Below are positions 33,927 to 34,673 of a stretch of 34,673 nucleotides of DNA, piece by piece. The stretch spans positions 1 to 34,673 of the forward strand of contig JANMLN010000120.1 of assembly GCA_031372565.1 (NCBI GenBank), read 5' to 3'. The notes under the pieces are model-generated. The model searched no databases, was not told where the DNA came from, and saw nothing but the letters and a program-made list of their open reading frames with translations. The translations under genes were made by a program, and so were the position numbers. Positions within the stretch are counted from its first letter, which is position 1, and each line of letters starts with the position of its first letter. Origin of the DNA: Gemmatimonadota bacterium (GTDB lineage Bacteria > Gemmatimonadota > Gemmatimonadetes > Gemmatimonadales > Gemmatimonadaceae).

Positions 33927-34592
33927 ATGGCCGACCACCCCTTCGTGTCGCTCGCGTTCGATCGCCTCCCGAGCGACGAGTCGCTCTCCCGTGCGCGGGA
34001 CTTCCACGCGCAGATGCAGCGCCGCCGCACGACGCGCCACTTCTCGCGCGAGCCGGTACCGCGCGAATGGATCGAACTCGCCATCCGCACCGCAGGCACC
34101 GCGCCGAGCGGCGCGCATCAGCAGCCGTGGACCTTTGTGGCGGTTTCCGATGAGGCGCTCAAAGCCGAGATCCGTCGTGCGGCGGAGGAGGAAGAGCAGC
34201 AGTTCTACCGCGGGCGAGCGCCGGAGGAGTGGCTGAGCGCGCTGGCACCGCTCGGGACCGACGAGCACAAACCGCATCTCACCGACGCGCCCTGGATCGT
34301 GGTCCTCTTTCGGCAGGCGCACGGACTCGAGGCCGATGGTCGCAAGCGCACCTTCTACTACACGCAGGAGTCGTGCGGCATCGCGGCAGGCCTCTTCATC
34401 GCGGCGGTGCACACCATGGGATTGGTGTCGTTGACGCACACCCCCAACCCGATGGCCTTTCTCGGCGAGTTGCTGGAGCGGCCATCGAACGAGAAGGCGA
34501 TGCTGGTGATGCCGGTCGGCTTTCCGGCAGCCGACGCACGCGTCCCCGACATTCAGCGCAAGGCACTCGAGGAGATCGCGATCTGGAGGTAG
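33927..34592 (+). CDS. Nitroreductase-family flavoprotein, iodotyrosine deiodinase (IYD)-like
   Basis: RRTTRHFS, TAPSGAHQQPWTFV, lid AAEEEEQQFY and KPHL, YYTQESCGIA, LTHTP, MPVGFP. Confidence 0.85.
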   Translation: MADHPFVSLAFDRLPSDESLSRARDFHAQMQRRRTTRHFSREPVPREWIELAIRTAGTAPSGAHQQPWTFVAVSDEALKAEIRRAAEEEEQQFYRGRAPEEWLSALAPLGTDEHKPHLTDAPWIVVLFRQAHGLEADGRKRTFYYTQESCGIAAGLFIAAVHTMGLVSLTHTPNPMAFLGELLERPSNEKAMLVMPVGFPAADARVPDIQRKALEEIAIWR

Positions 34593-34601
34593 GCGACGCA
34601 C

Positions 34602-34673
34602 GTCGTCCTGAGCGAAGCGAAGGACCTGCTTCTCCCGACGCGACCCGACGAAAAGCAGGTCCTTCGCTTCGCT
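34602..34673. repeat. REP/REPIN-like inverted-repeat element cut by the window end
   Basis: GTCGTCCTGAGCGAAGCGAAGGACCTGCTT, a spacer of about 22 nt, then AAGCAGGTCCTTCGCTTCGCT; 9 nt after the nitroreductase stop. Confidence 0.9.

Noticed and set aside
1..34673. Circular element or terminal-repeat-bounded mobile element
   Set aside because: The end repeats are different variants of a dispersed REP (CTCCGCT versus CTTCGCT), and no integrase, transposase, replication or phage genes are present.

Overview
GC-rich bacterial window; the style of the kinase-TPR and imuA genes suggests Gemmatimonadota (inference only). It has four blocks. (1) 1-2.8 kb, minus strand: an imuA-imuB mutagenesis cassette under a sigma70-like promoter overlapped by an 11-bp-period direct repeat (candidate LexA box). 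A REP/REPIN-like palindrome is inserted in frame inside imuB and supplies the imuA stop codon. (2) 3.7-19.7 kb, plus strand: a complete PUFA-synthase-like iterative PKS/FAS cluster (pfaD, pfaA with 3 ACPs, fused pfaBC, PPTase) in myxobacterial gene order but with no AGPAT or thioesterase domain. (3) 19.8-32.6 kb, minus strand: a tightly coupled five-gene operon, the best candidate for an undescribed system. It encodes a membrane Ser/Thr kinase-TPR, a 51-aa peptide with three GDRDP repeats, a caspase-like (C14) protease fused to a DUF4384-like domain and an alpha/beta-hydrolase, a CHAT protease with two TIR-like domains, and an nSTAND1 NTPase-TM-WD40 sensor. (4) 32.9-34.7 kb, plus strand: a secreted TPR protein and an iodotyrosine-deiodinase-like nitroreductase. 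Both window ends fall inside the same REP family. All domain calls come from motif recognition by eye; no database search was run.
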